This document shows, in pieces, positions 11,890 to 23,689 of a DNA stretch of 39,813 bases (position 1 is its first letter; each line of letters begins with the position of its first letter). The DNA is taken from positions 46,024,126-46,063,938 of the forward strand of contig NC_068991.1 in the NCBI RefSeq assembly GCF_001194135.2, in the 5' to 3' direction. The DNA comes from Octopus bimaculoides (Eukaryota). The position numbers and the translations under genes are program-made. The notes under the pieces are model-generated. The model did not search any database, had not been told where the DNA came from, and was given only the letters and a program-made list of their open reading frames with translations.

Positions 11890-12322
11890 AAGGCGGCGAG
11901 CTGGCAGAAACGTTAGCACGCCGGGCGAAATGCTTAGCGGTATTTCGTCTGTCTTTACGTTCTGAGTTCAAATTTCGCCGAGGTCGACTTTGCCTTTCAT
12001 CCTTTCGGGGTCGATAAATTAAGTACCAGTTACGCACTGAGGTCGTTGTAATCAACTTAATTCCTTTGTTTGTTCTTATTTGCCCTCTATGTTTAGCCCC
12101 TTGTGGACAATAAAGAAATAAGAAACGTCAGCATGCCGGGCGAAATGCTGAGCGGTATTTCGTCTGTCTTTATGTTCTGAGTTCAAATTTCGCCGAGGTC
12201 GACTTTGCCTTTTACCCTTTCGGGGTCGATAAATTAAGTACCAGTTACGCACTGGGGTCGATCTAATCGACTGACCCCCTACCCCAAAATTTCGGGCCTT
12301 GTGCCTAGAGTAGAAAAGAAAC
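11890..12322 (+). mobile_element. Dimeric tRNA-derived SINE (family B) with Nin/Deu-like central domain and 12-bp TSD
   Basis: A-box-like agctggcagaa, B-box-like gagttcaaattt; gactttgcctttcatcctttcggggtcgataaattaagtacc present twice; TSD TATGGCCATACT at 11878-11889 and 12323-12334. Confidence 0.85.
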
Positions 12323-12444
12323 TATGGCCATACTTCTACTCACGATCTCTACGGTTTCTGCTGTTTCTATTTCTTTTTTTTTTTTTGCTGCATTGATTTT
12401 TTTAGCTCTCCTGAAGATGGCGATTTGCTCTAATCATTAGAATA

Positions 12445-12610
12445 TCCGATGGCGTATCGGTTGTGCTTTGCGGTATTCCTTCCAGTTCTCTACGTTCCGA
12501 GTTTAAATCCAGGCTCGATAAAATAAAGCACTTGCCAAGTGCTGAAGTCGATTACATCGACTGAAACCTTTTCCTTCAACGTTGCTGATTTCGTACCTAA
12601 ATTAGAAACA
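12445..12610 (+). mobile_element. Degenerate, internally deleted family B SINE
   Basis: tacgttccgagtttaaatcc..ctcgataaaataaagcac..gtcgattacatcgactg..gtacctaaattagaaa. Confidence 0.5.
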
Positions 12611-12949
12611 CTTAATTTTTAATCCGTCTGATAAAAAAAAACATAAAAAAAACAAAAAACATGTTTCTGCCTTAAGCCGTTACAGAAAACTCTTACTTGT
12701 TGACTCGACTTATACTAAAAGTGATGAATTTTCGAAAGTTCAATAGGCTCATAATTATATTTTATTAAAAGCTTGCTTTAATCAGCCTCTTCCTGGACAA
12801 CTACAGTTTTACTAACACGGCACGTATGTCAAAGTTATTCCGTAAAGTAGTAACCTTTAAATCGCTATTCAAAACACACATCCCTTCTCCACACATGCGC
12901 ACGCTGTCACTAATTGTATCTTCACCACTACCGATAAAGCCCTCTAGAT

Positions 12950-13305
12950 CAGGGGTTGTCATGTCAAACATTTTTTACCTAAGTACCCCTTTGATTAGTA
13001 CTTTATTTTGGTGGACCCCATAGCCATATGACGTTTAACTAGTAGTTTTATAGAAACGTCTTTAAAAATTCCCATTTTGTTTTTCACACTTTAACTTGTG
13101 TAGATTGAACTGTCTAAAATGTTAGAGAAAAAACCTAGCTTATTTCTTGCAATACAAAGCAATTCATACATCTAAAGCAAATTTTTTTCAGAAGCCCTTA
13201 TTAACATGCTATTGGAGACCCCCAGTTTACTATTTTGCTGCATTGACCCCCTAAAATCCTATAGGAACCATTAGAGGCCATATGGACCTCGGTTTAGAAC
13301 CACTG
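12950..13305. mobile_element. hAT (Charlie/Buster-like) MITE
   Basis: Starts CAGGGGTTGTC and ends AGAACCACTG (reverse complement CAGTGGTTCT); 8-bp flanks CTCTAGAT / CACCAGAT (6/8, NTCTAGAN-type target); subterminal GACCCC repeats. Confidence 0.7.
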
Positions 13306-13414
13306 CACCAGATGTTAGCTTCTGATCAAAAGCATTATCACCACACCACACCACTACTAATACCACTAGTGAGAACAATAACAACGACAAAAATAACTGT
13401 CAATAACCTTTACA

Positions 13415-13510
13415 CAGTCCCTTGACATGTTAGAAATAGCAGTCAAACCACGTTCAAACCATACCCTACTATATTATAAAAAAAGGAGACATTAGGAAAC
13501 GTAGTGGTCT
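13415..13510 (+). repeat. Family D fragment followed by (CT)n and a gap
   Basis: cttgacatgttagaaatagcagtcaaa..ccctac..aaaaaaggagacatt. Confidence 0.45.
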
Positions 13511-13513
13511 GAA

Positions 13514-13568
<55 letters not shown>

Positions 13569-14621
13569 NNNNNNNNNNNNNNNNNNNNNNNNNNNNNNNN
13601 NNNNNNNNNNNNNNNNNNNNNNNNNNNNNNNNNNNNNNNNNNNNNNNNNNNNNNNNNNNNNNNNNNNNNNNNNNNNNNNNNNNNNNNNNNNNNNNNNNNN
13701 NNNNNNNNNNNNNNNNNNNNNNNNNNNNNNNNNNNNNNNNNNNNNNNNNNNNNNNNNNNNNNNNNNNNNNNNNNNNNNNNNNNNNNNNNNNNNNNNNNNN
13801 NNNNNNNNNNNNNNNNNNNNNNNNNNNNNNNNNNNNNNNNNNNNNNNNNNNNNNNNNNNNNNNNNNNNNNNNNNNNNNNNNNNNNNNNNNNNNNNNNNNN
13901 NNNNNNNNNNNNNNNNNNNNNNNNNNNNNNNNNNNNNNNNNNNNNNNNNNNNNNNNNNNNNNNNNNNNNNNNNNNNNNNNNNNNNNNNNNNNNNNNNNNN
14001 NNNNNNNNNNNNNNNNNNNNNNNNNNNNNNNNNNNNNNNNNNNNNNNNNNNNNNNNNNNNNNNNNNNNNNNNNNNNNNNNNNNNNNNNNNNNNNNNNNNN
14101 NNNNNNNNNNNNNNNNNNNNNNNNNNNNNNNNNNNNNNNNNNNNNNNNNNNNNNNNNNNNNNNNNNNNNNNNNNNNNNNNNNNNNNNNNNNNNNNNNNNN
14201 NNNNNNNNNNNNNNNNNNNNNNNNNNNNNNNNNNNNNNNNNNNNNNNNNNNNNNNNNNNNNNNNNNNNNNNNNNNNNNNNNNNNNNNNNNNNNNNNNNNN
14301 NNNNNNNNNNNNNNNNNNNNNNNNNNNNNNNNNNNNNNNNNNNNNNNNNNNNNNNNNNNNNNNNNNNNNNNNNNNNNNNNNNNNNNNNNNNNNNNNNNNN
14401 NNNNNNNNNNNNNNNNNNNNNNNNNNNNNNNNNNNNNNNNNNNNNNNNNNNNNNNNNNNNNNNNNNNNNNNNNNNNNNNNNNNNNNNNNNNNNNNNNNNN
14501 NNNNNNNNNNNNNNNNNNNNNNNNNNNACAACACCATCATCACAACTACCACCACCACCACCACCATCACGATCAGCAACACCATCACAGCCACCAACAC
14601 CATCACCACCACCACCACCAC

Positions 14622-14779
14622 GAGCTTCTTTCAGTTTCCGCCTACCAAATCCACTCACAAGATTTTGGTCGGCCCGAGGCTATAGTAGAAGACACTCGCC
14701 CAAGGTGCCACGCAGTGGGACTGAACCCGGAACCATGTGGTTGGGAAGCAAGCTTCTTACCACACAGCCACGCTTGCGC
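14622..14779 (-). mobile_element. SINE family A 5' half (young copy)
   Basis: Near-identical reverse complement of 23905-24060, including A box (tggctgtgtggtaag) and B box (gttccgggttcagtccc). Confidence 0.85.
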
Positions 14780-15131
14780 TTATTATTTATTTATTTATTT
14801 TATTGATGTCTGGTAATAATTTGCCAAACCGCTAAGTTATGGTGATGTAAACAAAGGCAGAGGGTAATAAAATTAAATGATGGAATGCTTACGATTGAGG
14901 TGTCTTTAACCACGGGTATGCTTGATTAGGAGTGACTTGGAGTTAAACAAGAGCAGCAATAACAATGACATCATAACCAATATGAACACCACCGTCACCA
15001 ACATCATCACAATTGACATGACTCACAATAGTGAGACTTCTGTCGGCCCCTCGGTTAGTCGATGAACTGAACTACGTCTTTCTCCAATTAACGCGTAAGT
15101 GGTTGAGTATTCGGCAGACGGTGATAGTTAA

Positions 15132-15386
15132 AGACGCGTGGCTTAGTGGTTAGAGTGTTGCACTCATGATCGTAAGATTGTAATCTCGATTCCTGAGAGA
15201 GGAGGAGTGTAGGTAAGACAGGAAATCAGAATGAGGTTCATGAGAAAAAAAAGAACTAAATTAGATATGTTTATAGAGTAAATGAAGATAAGCACATTGT
15301 CAAACAGGCAGTCATAAAGATCATATGTGTATGTATGTATGTATGTATGTATGCATGTATGTATGTATGTGTGTATGTATGTATGT

Positions 15387-15417
<31 letters not shown>

Positions 15418-15787
15418 CATACATACATACATATATACATACATACATACATACATACATACATACATACATTTACATATCTATATACTTAGGTTGAAAC
15501 ACTTCCAAAACTGATAGACTGACGTTTTGATAAATTTAGAGATACGTACGTACACACATACGCGCATACACACACGCACACACATACATACATACACACA
15601 TATACACACAGGCACATACGTTGTGTTCTTGAGCAAAACCCTTCATTTCACATCGCTCCAGTCCAATCAGCTGGGCAAAAATGAGTAATCCTGCAACGGA
15701 CTGACGTCCCATCGAGGGGCTGGGGAATACATATGTCACAAAATCCGGGAAACTGGCCTTATGAGTCTATAGCTCGAAAAGCTCCTT
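15132..15787 (+). mobile_element. tRNA-derived SINE family C (CORE-like and V-domain-like segments) split by a 424-bp insertion
   Basis: Head 15132-15195 (tggcttagtggttag; ctcgattcc). Body resumes at 15620 with gttgtgttcttgagcaaaacccttcatttcac..cctgcaacggactgacgtcccatcgagggg. Domain names are recalled resemblance only. Confidence 0.7.
15196..15619 (+). repeat. Direct local duplicate of 17633-18056
   Basis: Unique text agagagg.ggagtgtaggtaagacaggaaatcagaatg..gtcataaagatcata..aaacacttccaa..ataaatttagagatacgtac..ggcacatac is shared, with about 6-7 substitutions and microsatellite length changes. Confidence 0.92.
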
Positions 15788-15894
15788 TGACCCTTTTTGA
15801 TTCAACTGACATCTTTTATCTTTTACTTGTTTGTCATTTGATTGCTTCCATTCTGGGGCAACAATTCGAAAGGTTTAGTCGAACAAATCCATTC

Positions 15895-16210
15895 CGCACC
15901 ACCACTACAACCACCACGACCACTGCCACCATTACCACCACGACCACAACTATCACCATCACTACCACCACTACCACTACAACCACCACGACCACTGCGA
16001 CCATTACCACCACCACCACAACTACCACCATCACTACCACCACTACCACAACAGCCACCACAACCACCGCCACCATTACCACCACAATTACCATCACCAT
16101 TACTATCATTGCCACTACCACTCTTCTACCACAGCCGCCACTACTACTGACAACTACAACTGCAATACTCACCACAGTAACTATTAGCAAAATTACTACC
16201 GTTGCTGCTG

Positions 16211-16265
<55 letters not shown>

Positions 16266-16332
16266 TACTACCACTACCACCACNNNNNNNNNNNNNNNNN
16301 NNNNNNNNNNNNNNNNNNNNNNNNNNNNNNNN

Positions 16333-16387
<55 letters not shown>

Positions 16388-16390
16388 AGA
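15895..16390. repeat. Compound (ACC)/(ACT) trinucleotide array spanning a gap
   Basis: Direct inspection; source of the spurious Thr-rich ORF. Confidence 0.9.
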
Positions 16391-17632
16391 CATTTATCAT
16401 CACCTTCACTGTTAGCCTTATCATCAATATCTCACGAGTGTTACCAATTCTAAAGCAACTGTCACTATTATATCCATTCCATTTGTACCTCCGCTAATAA
16501 CACAACTTCACCGTCGACACCACCACAATCACCACTACCACTACCACCACCACCACCACTAAGGAGAGAAATCACCCCCACTGACTCCCAGTGTTACAAC
16601 CGCTATCGTTATCTTCATCAATAACATTACCATCATCATTCCTATCACCAATGCCACCGCATAAAACTACCACCACAACCACCACCACCACCACCACCGT
16701 TGTTATTACTACTAACGATACTACAACAGCTACTCTTTTCTACTACTACTTTAACCATCACCCAAAACGCCACCACCGTTTCCGACCCTGCCACGAATAC
16801 ATTCATCAGCAATACTATCGTAATCGCATTCGTTAGCGCCAATCTTTTCACAATCACCATCATCTTTACTGGTTTCGTCACAACCCCCACCGCCACCGCC
16901 ACCGCCACCGCCACCCTCATCGCAGCAGAAATTCTCCACTACCACTTCAGCCACCATTACCACTACCTTCGTCGTCGCCGCCGTTGCTGCCATCGCGACC
17001 CAGAACGTCTTACAGAGCGGAGGGCTTCTTTAAAATGTCTCAACAATAATAGAGTCACATCTGCTGATATCTCTCGCCGCTTTCCGCATAAATGGATTGG
17101 AATTAACATGGCGATAATAAAAAAAAGGAGAGAAAAAAAGGAAAAGGAAAATGTCAGAATACACACATATATATATATATATATATATACAAAAAAATGT
17201 GGGAGAGAGAGGAAAACAGTCGACAGATGTAGCGGCATATGCACTAGAAGGAGGAGCTTTGAAAAATCTATGGGATTAGACATGACCCCTCACTGAACAA
17301 GAAGTGGTGGGGATGAGGAGGAGAATGAAAAAGCGGAAAGAAATATAGAAGACTAGAAAAGAAGGAAAGAATACAGTGGCAACATTTTCAATCGTTGCGT
17401 ACTTTTTAATGGTAAAAGAAAAAAAAAAGAGAAGGAAGTAAAGAAAGCAAAATGTCGGAGTGGTTGAAGTATGTAGTGCTATTTGAAGGAGTAAACACAA
17501 GGAGTTATAGAGGAAGAAAGAAAACAGAAGCAAACAATGCCGAATGACGTATAGATGAATTTTAACGGAGACAGACGTACAATGAAAGAAAGATAGATAG
17601 AAAAAAATGGAGAGAATAAAAGACAGAGGGCG

Positions 17633-18056
17633 AGAGAGGGGGAGTGTAGGTAAGACAGGAAATCAGAATGAGATTCATGAGAAAAAAGAACTAAATTAGA
17701 TATGTTTATAGAGTAAATGAAGATAAGCACATTGTCAAACAGGCAGTCATAAAGATCATATGTATGTATGTACGTATGTATGTATGTATGTATGTATGTA
17801 TAGATAGATAAATAGATACATACATACATACATACATACATACATACATACATACATACATACATACACACACACATATATACATACATACATTTACATA
17901 TCTATATACTTAGGTGGAAACACTTCCAACATTGATAGACTGATGTTTTGATAAATTTAGAGATACGTACACACATACGCCCGTACACACACGCACGCGC
18001 GCGAACACACACGCACACACATACATACATACACACATATACACACAGGCACATAC
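17633..18056 (+). repeat. Probable donor copy of the 424-bp duplication
   Basis: Continuous with its flanking low-complexity sequence, whereas the other copy interrupts a SINE. Confidence 0.85.
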
Positions 18057-18159
18057 ACAGGCAGAAAGAGAATGAGAACGAAAGTGAAAGTAACATTGCT
18101 ATATGGAAATGTAACTAGCCAGAAAATCATATGTATAACGTGTGTGAGTGTGAGTATTT

Positions 18160-18206
<47 letters not shown>

Positions 18207-20351
18207 GCAATCACACAAGCACACACACACAGAGGGGGAGGGGTTGATTTTCAGGCTTAAAATAAACTAACTAACAATAATTAAAATAAAGAAAACGGGA
18301 ATCAAATGATAGCAGTAAAAAGATAGATGAAATAAAACATATAAAACAAAAAATACAGGTGAAACACAGACAAAAATACGCATAAGCATACACACACACA
18401 CACACACACACATAGACATAGATACATACACGTATACATACACACATATATACAGAAAAAGAAATGCTTATAAAAAAAATGAATAGAACAGAATAAACAG
18501 CAGCGCTTTCTGCTTTCTTTGCGATGAACTCCACCTTTTCAATCTCCTTTACTGAAGAGCTTCACATGACATCCATTTTGATACCTTACCTCCGTCTATC
18601 CTGGTCCTGTTTTGTTCCTTTTCTCTCGAACAGAATTCAAGCAAAGGTAAGGAAGCGGGAGTTACAAAGTGTTGGATGGTATAATGTGTTATAGGAAAAG
18701 AAAGAAAAAAAATCACAATAAAAGGAAGAGACATTATGAATATGAAGGAAAAAAGAGGTTCATTTTGAAAGTTGAGCTTCGAAGTAGAATACTGTAAAGA
18801 TGAAAAAAAAAAGGGGGGGGAGAAAAGAAAAGAAAAAGCGAAAATAATACAGAGAAAACAATGGGGTTTAGGGATGGGGTGGGGAAGAAATCAAAAGAAT
18901 TGAATAGCAACAAACAACTGCAATAGCTAAAAACAACAAAAACAACAAGACTAATTATAAAACAAACAGCATATCGCAAAAACAAACAAAAAAAAGCAAC
19001 AAAATAATAATAATAATAATAAAATGGAGGTTACTATACATACACACATACTCGCACACATACATACGCACGAAATTGCTGGCTGGAAAGGGAGAGACGA
19101 CATTACATTAATGGGTAGATTCAAGTTACTGACATTTAAAGCCAATTAAAATAATTATAAAGAAAGAAAGGCGGCCGACCAATGAGAAGAAGACGAGGAA
19201 GGGGAAGGGTTAAGGGAGAAGTGGAGAAACAGGGAGGGAGCAGAAGGATGAAGGGAGCAGGAGAAGGGGTCGAAGAAAATGAGAAAATTAATAAGAAAAA
19301 GACGCTAGCACGTGTGCATGTATGTACCTCTATCTGAATGCATGTTTTCATTTCTTAAGCATCTTAAATATTATTACTATTATTATTACAATAAAGAAAT
19401 TATTATTATTATTATTATTACTATTATTATTATTATTATTATCGTCGTCGTCGTTATTCTTGTTGTTATTGTGTTTTAATCTTTTATATGATATTTTTAT
19501 TTTAAATACTACGGCTGGGTCTTCATTATTAGAGCCGACATAATGATGAGCACCGTAGGGTAGAACTAAGCTCCTGGCGAGCCGACACCGAGAAAACACT
19601 GTCTATCCCGTCCCTCGGTTGAAGCCAATTCACTTCCCTCGTGTTGTTAATACCCTTCAGAATGGTATGAATATTACAAATTTCCCATCCCTATACCTTC
19701 AAACTATAGGGGTTTTGTCTGTAGCATATTAAAGAATATATATATAGAAATATATATATATATATATATANNNNNNNNNNNNNNNNNNNNNNNNNNNNNN
19801 NNNNNNNNNNNNNNNNNNNNNNNNNNNNNNNNNNNNNNNNNNNNNNNNNNNNNNNNNNNNNNNNNNNNNNNNNNNNNNNAAACAAAATGCTAAAGTGATT
19901 CTATTATAAATGATATATTTTTTCATTTATTAACTTCATGGTCTTCATTATCAGACAGTGATGCTGCTAATGAGTGCCTCAGAGCAAAGATAATCCACAT
20001 CACCTGCTAAATCCATCAGCGGGTTTCGATTCTCCATTGGAGTTAGTTTTCTTTTTTTTTTTTTTCATTTCATCATACCAAGGTAAACACTTAAGAAACG
20101 CATGAATATCACGTCATTCTCATCTCTTAATATCAGATGGACCTGTGAATAAAAAGCTTAGTGGGAAGAAAATAATTTTTTGAGCAACGATAGTAAATAT
20201 AGGATACCATGAAGTATAAAGGACCAAACTACATGCTTTTTCCGGATTTAGATCTACCAACTGACTTTCAGAAATATAATTGCAGTGAAATTAGCTTGAT
20301 CGTTTATCTATCTGAAATACAAAGTCTCGCCGTTAGTAAATTAATAATGTT

Positions 20352-20440
20352 TTCTTTTCTTCTCTTTTATTTGTTTCAGTCTTTTAGACGGCAGCCTGCT
20401 GGAGCACCGTCTTGAACGCTTAAATAGAACAGATCGACCA
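20352..20440 (-). mobile_element. SINE family A 3' tail fragment
   Basis: Reverse complement of ggtgctccagca..gactgaaacaaataaaagag. Confidence 0.55.
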
Positions 20441-20775
20441 TTTAAATTCGTAAAATATACCATTCTCTACCACGTATACAGTGTAATGTTTATAAGGAGA
20501 AAATTAAACGAAGAAAAGTAAAGAACCTGATTTTATTTCGCAGATACTGGTACAAATTAATACGCTTCTAAAATAGAATATGTTTAATCATTAGCGATCT
20601 ACATAAAAAGTAAAGAATAAAACTATTTTTAACACACCGTATGGCAAATAAACCGACAAAAAAAAAAGCAGGGTCTTTTTACTCAATTCAGGGTACAATA
20701 TATTGCACAGTAATCCCGGGTTTCTGGAAACCGGATAAGAGGTCCAGTACTTAATTTCATTGTAAAGGAATACAT

Positions 20776-21000
20776 TAAGGTAGTGAACTGGCAGAATCGT
20801 AAGCACGTTGGACAAAATGCTTTGCGATATTTGTTCCGGCTTAAACGTTCTAAGTTCATATATCAGCGAGATAGATCTTGCCTTTCATCAATTCGGTGTC
20901 GATAAAATAAATACCAGTTTAGTACTGGGGTTGATATGATGGACTTTCACATCCCTTAAAATTGCAGGTATAATGCCAAAAATTAGGAAGAATTGTAAGG
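20776..21000 (+). mobile_element. SINE family B monomer (old)
   Basis: aaggtagtgaactggcagaatcgtaagcac..gcctttcatcaattcggtgtcgataaaataaatacc..tactggggttgat. Confidence 0.7.
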
Positions 21001-21334
21001 GAATATGGAAGTCATACATTCTTGGTTTTCCCAGAAGCATAAGTGTGTAGCTTTATCGGAGTCTGTTACAGTAATTCGAACCTATACTTAGATGTGAGGA
21101 TAATATCCTTCCACTAGTCGTGTCACAGAAGCCGCGAAAATGAATCAAGACTGTCGCCTTTGGTTAAGTGACAAAAAGAAAAAAAAAAAAATTATGAACT
21201 CATAATTGGAAAGGTTTTAGATGTGTAATAAAGTGAGTTAAATAAATTAGGCTACGGGATTATGCAAAGTACCAATAGACAAAAATTCCCTGTAGTGGTG
21301 TTTAAAATCTAAACACAAAAAAGTAAATAATCCC

Positions 21335-21480
21335 AATCATTTTTCTTTTACTTGTTTCAGTCATTGGATTGCGGCCATGCTGGGGCACCACTTTGAAGGG
21401 TTTTACTCTAACAAATCAACCACAGCACTTATATTTATAAGTTTGACACTTATTTTATCGGTCTCTTGTGCCAAACCGCT
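21335..21480 (-). mobile_element. SINE family A 3' half
   Basis: ttttacttgtttcagtcatt..gcggccatgctggggcacc..tatcggtctc..aaaccgct is the reverse complement of 24200-24340. Confidence 0.7.
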
Positions 21481-22000
21481 CCGCCAGTTTCTTATTCTTT
21501 AATTTACTAGAAGTAATAGCTTGTCTTATACTTTTACAGGTGTAATAACTTGTGCTGTACTTTTCCAGGTTTATAATCTTAAGAATATTACTTTTCAAGC
21601 TCGCATTTTTCCATGTAATCCGTGATTTTTCCAGGCATTGCTGTTATAATGTGTCAATTAATAATTTAAGATTTTACCTTATAAAATACTGAAAGTTAAT
21701 ATTTCAATTTTTCAATGTAAGTGATAATATTTCAATTTTTTTTTTTGTGTGTTTAATTTAAATACATAGTGTGATTGAATTATTTGATATTACCCATCCA
21801 TACCAAATTAATGGCAGGGATTTTTACCATGTTACTGGTTGCACCATGGCTCACCAAAAGTTACAAACAACCAAACCCCAAAACCATCAGTTACCAGGCT
21901 CAACTTAAGTAACCTAATTTTGTATTAGGAGGTCACAGGAATTCATTCAGCGAAAAAAAATTTCCAATGATTCCGGGATTGGGAGGGGGGATCCCCCTCA

Positions 22001-22368
22001 TTTTTTCCGAACCAAAATAAGGGATTTGCAGCATATTAGGGGGCCAGGGTACTTGATTCCACGCAAATTTGAACTCAAAAACGTAAAGACAGATGAAATA
22101 CCGTTAAGCATTTCACCTGGTGCGTTAACTTTTCTTATTTCTTTATTGCCAACAAGGGGGTAAACATAGAGGGGACAAACAAGGACAGACAAAGGAATTA
22201 AGTCGTTTACATCGACCCCAATGCGTAACTGGTAGTTAATTTATCGAGCCCGAAAAGATGAAAGGCAAAGTCGACCTCGGCGGAATATTAACTCAGAACG
22301 TAACGGCAGACGAAATACCGCTAAGCATTTAGCCCGACGTGTTAACGTTTCTACCAGCTCACCGCCTT
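22001..22368 (-). mobile_element. Second copy of the dimeric family B SINE (second monomer internally deleted)
   Basis: Reverse complement has the same monomer-linker-monomer layout, including linker ttaattcctttgt..tctatgttt..cccttgt..caataaagaaataagaaa. Confidence 0.85.
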
Positions 22369-22825
22369 AGAAAGTAAACATTGATTTTAGAAATATATTC
22401 TTTATTCTTTTAGCTGAAGCGTTACTCCCTTACTCACTGACATGAAATTTCGTAACATTTTACCTCATAACTCTTCTACTAAATTTTGTTCAATGCGACT
22501 AGAGATTTTGAATTACTCATGCATTGTCTTTCATTTAAGCCTAAGAAAGATATACTTTAATTTAAAATTAAGAAGTTAATGTTAATCGAAGGTGAATAGG
22601 TGCCTTACTGCCCCTCTTGAGGTCGCAGTTATTTTGGTGTAACTTTTTTTCTACTGAGCCAAATCCCAAACTATTTATGCCAAAGTGTAGCTGAGGTGTA
22701 CTCTTTAAAACTGTTAGCAGTTTGCAATTTAGTTGAGAACTGAATTAGTAGTGAAGCTTGGAATCTGTTGTGATTGACGAAATGGTAGATTTAAGAATAT
22801 ATTCAACCACTACCGTAGTTGAATG

Positions 22826-22903
<78 letters not shown>

Positions 22904-22916
22904 ATATATATATATG

Positions 22917-23689
22917 CAGTGTGATCGGGATAATTTTGATGATTTTGATGTCTCTTTTTTGAAAAGCAGCTTATAGCATCGGTGAAAAGTCGACGGCGTT
23001 GGAGAGCATAAAGAAAAAACTTGCTGACATGGAGAATTGGAAGCATCTAAATATTGCAGATGTTACCTATATCACAAGTATTTCCGCCGGGTATCAAAAT
23101 ACGGACATCATTTGTTGCTGCTCAATGCTCTGTTAACACTGTAAAGACCGTATGACTTGACATGGGCCTTATCTCAATTCAGAGGATCTTGTGAAACAGC
23201 TGGAGACTGTGGTCAAACCGTGACTGAAGAGGCTTGCTACTGGAAAGCCATATTTGTGACACCAGGATTCGGCTCCTTGATATGCCTCTATAGAAAGAAT
23301 CAGAAGCAGTTGTCGGAGAATTTCTACGACAACGCCAGGCCCAATTTTTGGCCTCCTAATTCCCATGAATTGTAATCTCATAGATTACAACGTGTAGGGC
23401 ACGGGTGAGAAGGACACCAACCAGTCTGCATACAACACCAACCCCGAGCTAATAGCCAAGGAAGTGCTCGATGATCTTCCCAGGAGCACACTGAGGAACG
23501 CATGCGCGAGTTTCCTGAGGCGTCTTGAGAACAAGGTGGAAGCTGAGGGCGGCTACTTTGAGTAAACTGTTACCTCCTAACCATAATCTAATTGACACGT
23601 TTGGATTTTTTAAAATATCTTGATTTTTGGATGGGATATTGCTTTGTTTTCCTTTTAGGCAAGGTGTCAAATTTAGATCGAACAACCTG
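22917..23689 (+). mobile_element. Internally deleted Tc1/mariner element of DD37D (maT) type
   Basis: Degenerate TIRs CAGTGTGATCGGGATAATTTTGA / CAGGTTGTTCGATCTAAATTTGA, TA at the right end, and transposase remnants. Confidence 0.8.
23029..23565 (+). pseudogene. Decayed DD37D transposase (N-terminal stub fused to C-terminal catalytic half)
   Basis: Manual translation: MENWKHL.. then LETVVKP*LKRLATGKPYL*HQDSAP*YAS/RKNQKQLSENFY..FWPPNS/CNLIDYNV*G..AEGGYFE*; about 37 residues lie between the second and third Asp after correcting frameshifts. Confidence 0.8.

Noticed and set aside
15733-16497. 254-aa Thr-rich 'mucin-like' ORF
   Set aside because: It starts inside a SINE tail, consists of ACC/ACT repeats, and crosses an N gap; no splice or domain evidence.
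18081-18091. AAAGTGAAAGT (IRF/Blimp-1-like motif), also at 35566-35576 (minus) and 39001-39011
   Set aside because: All lie in purine-rich low-complexity sequence where the motif is expected by chance.
20708-20750. Tiny Tigger-like palindrome (cagtaatcccggg..ccggataagaggtccagta)
   Set aside because: The inverted match is too weak and short to define termini.
23223-23250. CTGAAGA..GAAA within the mariner remnant
   Set aside because: It falls inside transposase codons (LKRLATGK) and has no stems.
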